Assembly (NCBI GenBank): GCA_963826115.1
Contig: CAWGVS010000003.1
Location: 145,211 to 209,210 of the forward strand
DNA from: an uncultured Candidatus Rokubacteria bacterium
GTDB lineage: Bacteria > Methylomirabilota > Methylomirabilia > Rokubacteriales > DASRDR01
Direction: 5' to 3'
DNA: 64,000 nucleotides
In this document: in pieces, positions 60,442 through 64,000 of the stretch
Numbering within the stretch: position 1 is the first letter of the stretch
Layout: each line of letters begins with the position of its first letter
The notes under the pieces: generated by a model
Seen by the model: the letters and a program-made list of their open reading frames with translations, nothing else
Database searches by the model: none
What the model was told of the DNA's origin: nothing
Translations under genes and position numbers: made by a program

Positions 60442-60519
60442 TGGTGTCCCCGACGGGATTCGAACCCGTGTTGCCAGATTGAAAATCTGGAGTCCTAGGC
60501 CTGCCTAGACGACGGGGAC
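60442..60519 (-). tRNA. tRNA-Glu (anticodon UUC)
   Basis: Reverse strand GTCCCCG...CCAGA-TTTTCAA-TCTGG...GGTTCGAATCC-CGTCGGGGAC-ACCA: acceptor stem, T-loop and encoded CCA. Confidence 0.97.
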
Positions 60520-61003
60520 ATCTCCGTAAGTACCCGCCACGCAACGCTATCAGCACATGCATTCCAAAAGCAAGCGCTGGGGGCGGCGATTCACTCCGCT
60601 CGGAGATCATCCGCGCGTGGTCCTTCTCCCGGACACTCGCCACGTGGTTGAGGCGCCTGATCCGAACGTCCACCAGCTCGATCCCAGTCGGGCGTAGGAA
60701 CGAGCCATCCCGAGGGAGCCACGCTCATGGACACCCGCTTCCGGCCACTGGTGGCAAGCACCGCGATCCTCGGGCACACCACTCGTACGATCGCCGAGGT
60801 CCGGCAGCGCTTCTGGGTTTCGTTGGGTCGGTGCGGTCAGGTGATCCGGGCTGTGGCTCCTGAGAGGAGCGCCAGCCGCTGCAGGCGCGCGATCGATGAA
60901 CGAGCCTGAGGCTCCCGGCGCCGCGAGGAGGATCCGGGCCGCCCACGTCCCATGATTCGCGCGAGCGGCCCGGATGCCTGCCGGGATGCTTCGCGGAGAG
61001 GGT

Positions 61004-62176
61004 CTAGGCCCGCCCGCCCTTCTGGAAGGGCTCCTTTGCGACGACCTTGACCCCGGAGATGACCCCGGTCGCCGCCCGAGTGACCTGGTCGACCGCGGCA
61101 TGGCTGATCTCGCCAGCCGCCTTGAGGGCCCCGGTGGCGGCCGCGGAGGCCGCTTCCTCGGTGCTCACCCCGACCTCCTTGGCCCCCTGGATGGCACCCT
61201 CGACCGCGTTTCTGGCCGCGGTGCCGACGTCACCCCCCACGGCTGCGACGCTCTTCACGATCTGACTGGCGGTGGCGCTGGTCGCGGAAATCGTCTCAGC
61301 TCCAACGTCCTTGGTTCCGCGCACCACACCGACGACCGTCGCCTTGGCCGCCGCGCCCACGTCGCCGCCCGTCTTCGCGGTGGTCTCGATGATGCCGTCC
61401 ACCGCCCCCCGGACGGCCGCGCCGACATCGCCGCCCACGGCCGACACGCTCTTCACGACCTGACTGGCGGTGGTGCTGACTGCGGAGATCGTTTCCCCAC
61501 CGACGTCCTTGGTTCCGCGCAGCACCCCGACGATCGTCGCCTTGGCCGCCGCGCCCACGTCGCCGCCCGTCTTCGCAGTGGTCTCGATGATGCCGTCCAC
61601 CGCCCCCCGGACGGCCACGCCGACATCCCCGCCCACGGCCGACACGCTCTTCACGACCTGACTGGCGGTGGTGCTGACTGCGGAAATCGTTTCCCCTCCG
61701 ACGTCCTTGGTTCCGCGTAGCACCCCGATGATCGTCGCCTTGGCCACCGCGCCCACGTCGCCGCCCGTCTTCGCGGTGGTCTCGATGATGCCGTCCACCG
61801 CCCCCCGGACGCCCGCGCCGACATCGCCGCCCACGGCCGACACGCTCTTGACCACCTCGCGGGCGGTCGTGCTCACCGTGTCCAGCGTCTGGACCCCGAC
61901 CTCCTTCGTGCCCCGCAACACGCCCACGGCGGCGCCCTTGGCCACCGCGCCGACGTCGCCACCGACCTGCGAGGTCCCCTGAATCGCGCCGCGCACCACG
62001 TCCGCGAGGGTCGAGGTCAGCGCTGTGCCGACAGTCCCCGTCCCCTTGATCAGCCTGACGAGGCTCCCGCTCACGGTGTCGACGACCGCGTTCGCGATGT
62101 TTCCGACCCCCCGGATACCCCCGACGATCTCCCGGGTCACCGCATCGGCGATGGTCTTGTGCTCATCGGCCATCAT
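61004..62176 (-). CDS. Gly/Ala/Val/Thr-rich repeat protein (22-aa units, 66-aa super-repeats)
   Basis: GGAGG RBS; repeated GGDVGAxAKATxxGVxRGTKDV / GGETISAVSTTASQVVKSVSAV / GGDVGxxVRGAVDGIIETTAKT. Confidence 0.88.
   Translation of the reverse strand: MMADEHKTIADAVTREIVGGIRGVGNIANAVVDTVSGSLVRLIKGTGTVGTALTSTLADVVRGAIQGTSQVGGDVGAVAKGAAVGVLRGTKEVGVQTLDTVSTTAREVVKSVSAVGGDVGAGVRGAVDGIIETTAKTGGDVGAVAKATIIGVLRGTKDVGGETISAVSTTASQVVKSVSAVGGDVGVAVRGAVDGIIETTAKTGGDVGAAAKATIVGVLRGTKDVGGETISAVSTTASQVVKSVSAVGGDVGAAVRGAVDGIIETTAKTGGDVGAAAKATVVGVVRGTKDVGAETISATSATASQIVKSVAAVGGDVGTAARNAVEGAIQGAKEVGVSTEEAASAAATGALKAAGEISHAAVDQVTRAATGVISGVKVVAKEPFQKGGRA
61280..61880. repeat. About three tandem 198-bp intragenic repeats
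   Basis: Shadow ORFs recur at 61272, 61470 and 61668 (period 198); boundaries approximate. Confidence 0.9.
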
Positions 62177-62349
62177 GGCCTCCCTTCCCCTGATTCCCCG
62201 GACGCCGAAGTCGGGTCGCCAGAGGGAATCGCGACGTGGCGTCGCTTACCAGTGGAGTTTCATCGTTTGCCGCGCGAGCGAAAGCACGATAGGGAAAGAG
62301 CTTCCGCCTGTCAAGGGCGCCCTATCACCCCGGCCTTGGAGAGATAGCG

Positions 62350-62450
62350 GGCCCCGCAGGCGACCATGGCGCCGATGTCGTGCCCGACGACAGCCGCCCG
62401 ATCGATGCCCAGGTGGGTCAGGACGGTCCGCATGTCGGCCCGCGCCGGGG
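62350..62450 (-). pseudogene. Alpha/beta hydrolase remnant
   Basis: ADMRTVLTHLGIDRAAVVGHDIGAMVA only; resembles 50330-51220. Confidence 0.6.
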
Positions 62451-62669
62451 CCGCCGCGCCCGTCGGCAGGTGTTCACCCTGCCGAGGCACACGCATCCGG
62501 CGGGGAGCGGGGCGGCGCCGAACCGTGACGTGGCCATCGACGCCCTCGGCCGGCCGGGGCGGTGATCCGAAGGTACCAAAACGGTCGTGCCCCGACAGGA
62601 TTCACCCACTCGGGGCTACCTTCGTCGTGGGGGGCTGCGCCGCCTGACACCGGCGGCACCCGGCCGGCG

Positions 62670-63998
62670 CTATTTGGCGAGCGTGTTCTTGTAGATCCTT
62701 CCGTCCTTCACGATCACGAGGAAGTTTCGGGTCGGGTTCGCGACCAGCTCGATGTCTTCGATTGGATTGCCGTCGACAAGGATCAGGTCGGCAAGCGCCC
62801 CTTCTTCGACAACGCCAAGCTTGCCGGCGTAAGGACTCCGCAACCCGGACATCGCTAGCAATTGGGCGTTGGTTCCCGTCGCCATGGCCAGCGCTTCTGC
62901 AGGGGTGTACCAGCGAACCAGCTTGGCCAGCAGCCCGCCCTGCCGCTGCGCGAGGGCCGGCGAGAACAGGATGTCTGTGCCGAAGGCCGTCTTGAGCTTG
63001 TACTTCTTCGCGAGCGCGTAGGCATTGTCCGTTCCAGCAAACACCTCCTGCGCCTTCTGCCATTCCCCGGAACCGACCGGGAACGCGGCCGCCAGTTCGT
63101 CGGGGAAGGGCTGGATGCTGAGCCAGATGCCACGTTCCGCCATCAGCTTGGCGGTCGCCTCGTCCATCAGCTGCGCGTGCTCGATGCACTGTACACCGGC
63201 GGCGATTGCACCCTGGATCGACGCCGGCGTATACGCGTGGACAGTGACGTACGTACCCCAGTTTGCGGCAGCTTCCACGGCCGCGCGCAACTCCGCCTGG
63301 GTGAAGGTCGTCACGTCGAGCGGACTGTGGGGAGATGCGACGCCCCCGCCTGCCGTGAGCTTGATCTGCGACGCGCCTTGCATCAACTGTTCCCTCACGC
63401 GCAGGCGAACCTCATCGGGACCGTCGGCAACCATGCTTGCGCCGAGCGTCTCCATCCGGGACAGCGGGCCGCCGACGACGCGAGGCAGTTCGTGCAACTG
63501 TCGAAAATCGCCGTGGCCACCCGTGACGGTGATCACTGCGCCCGACGGAAAGATGCGCGGCCCCGCGACAATTCCTTCGTCGATCGCGCGCTTGAGCCCG
63601 AACGATGGTCCCCCGACATCGCGAACGGTCGTGAACCCCCGCAACAGCGTGTCCGTCGCTTCCGCGCCCGCAACCAGGTTCGAATAGCCGGCGTCTGACG
63701 CCAGGGCCGAGGCCGGCGTTGGCCGTACCAGCATCGCGTGCCAGTGCATGTCGATGAGGCCCGGCATCAGCGTGCGCCCGCCGCCATCGATCAGCACCGC
63801 CCCCGGCACTTGGTCGGCTGGGATTGCCGTCGACGAAATCCGCTCGATCTTGTTCCCACGGACAAGAACGGACGCCGGCCCGGACAGCTCGCTGCTCTTG
63901 CCGTCGAAGATGCGGACGTTCTGAAAGATCGTCACGGCCGGCGATGGCGTCTGCGCGGCCGACGGCACCGCCAGCACAACGAGGAGAATGGACGCCAA
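62670..63998 (-). CDS. Exported amidohydrolase-family protein (Xaa-Pro dipeptidase-like); start probably beyond the window
   Basis: PGLIDMHWH, GFTTVRDVGG, GGHGD, HAYT, IEHA, FGTD, ADLILVDGNP; signal-like N-terminus. Confidence 0.92.
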   Translation of the reverse strand: MASILLVVLAVPSAAQTPSPAVTIFQNVRIFDGKSSELSGPASVLVRGNKIERISSTAIPADQVPGAVLIDGGGRTLMPGLIDMHWHAMLVRPTPASALASDAGYSNLVAGAEATDTLLRGFTTVRDVGGPSFGLKRAIDEGIVAGPRIFPSGAVITVTGGHGDFRQLHELPRVVGGPLSRMETLGASMVADGPDEVRLRVREQLMQGASQIKLTAGGGVASPHSPLDVTTFTQAELRAAVEAAANWGTYVTVHAYTPASIQGAIAAGVQCIEHAQLMDEATAKLMAERGIWLSIQPFPDELAAAFPVGSGEWQKAQEVFAGTDNAYALAKKYKLKTAFGTDILFSPALAQRQGGLLAKLVRWYTPAEALAMATGTNAQLLAMSGLRSPYAGKLGVVEEGALADLILVDGNPIEDIELVANPTRNFLVIVKDGRIYKNTLAK

Positions 63999-64000
63999 TG

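Noticed and set aside
60727-60909. 60-aa ORF upstream of the tRNA
   Set aside because: No recognisable domain; not enough evidence to call.

Overview
High-GC bacterial window; the paired ABC substrate-binding proteins at 58-60 kb suggest Candidatus Rokubacteria/Methylomirabilota (inference). It has two parts. (1) About 1-47.2 kb is a stress/dormancy island whose gene content parallels the mycobacterial DosR regulon: six universal stress proteins, five CBS-pair genes, PfkB, a PCMT-erythromycin esterase fusion, a CtpF-like P-type ATPase, HPF, an aeRF1/baeRF-like factor, an Rv2004c-like remnant, BON, OsmC and an orphan GroEL. It also carries glycogen phosphorylase, class I aldolase, PEP synthase, acetate kinase, Tdh/Kbl and an ArcE-like arginine synthetase homolog. 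By eye I find 15 sigma-54 (-24/-12) promoter motifs in front of its transcription units. Most have tandem TGGGGC-N6-GCCCCA-like palindromes about 55-125 bp upstream. The island also encodes a FixL-like PAS-GAF kinase, an NtrC-type activator and two single-domain receivers, so it looks like a self-contained sigma-54-wired dormancy regulon. Four island genes carry single frameshifts. (2) About 47.2-64 kb is a mosaic of unrelated genes and fragments. It includes four directly oriented 28-bp dif/Xer-like sites that delimit small gene modules (54.5-57.7 kb), tRNA-Glu(UUC), a protein built of 22/66-aa repeats and an exported amidohydrolase. All calls come from manual motif recognition; no searches were run.
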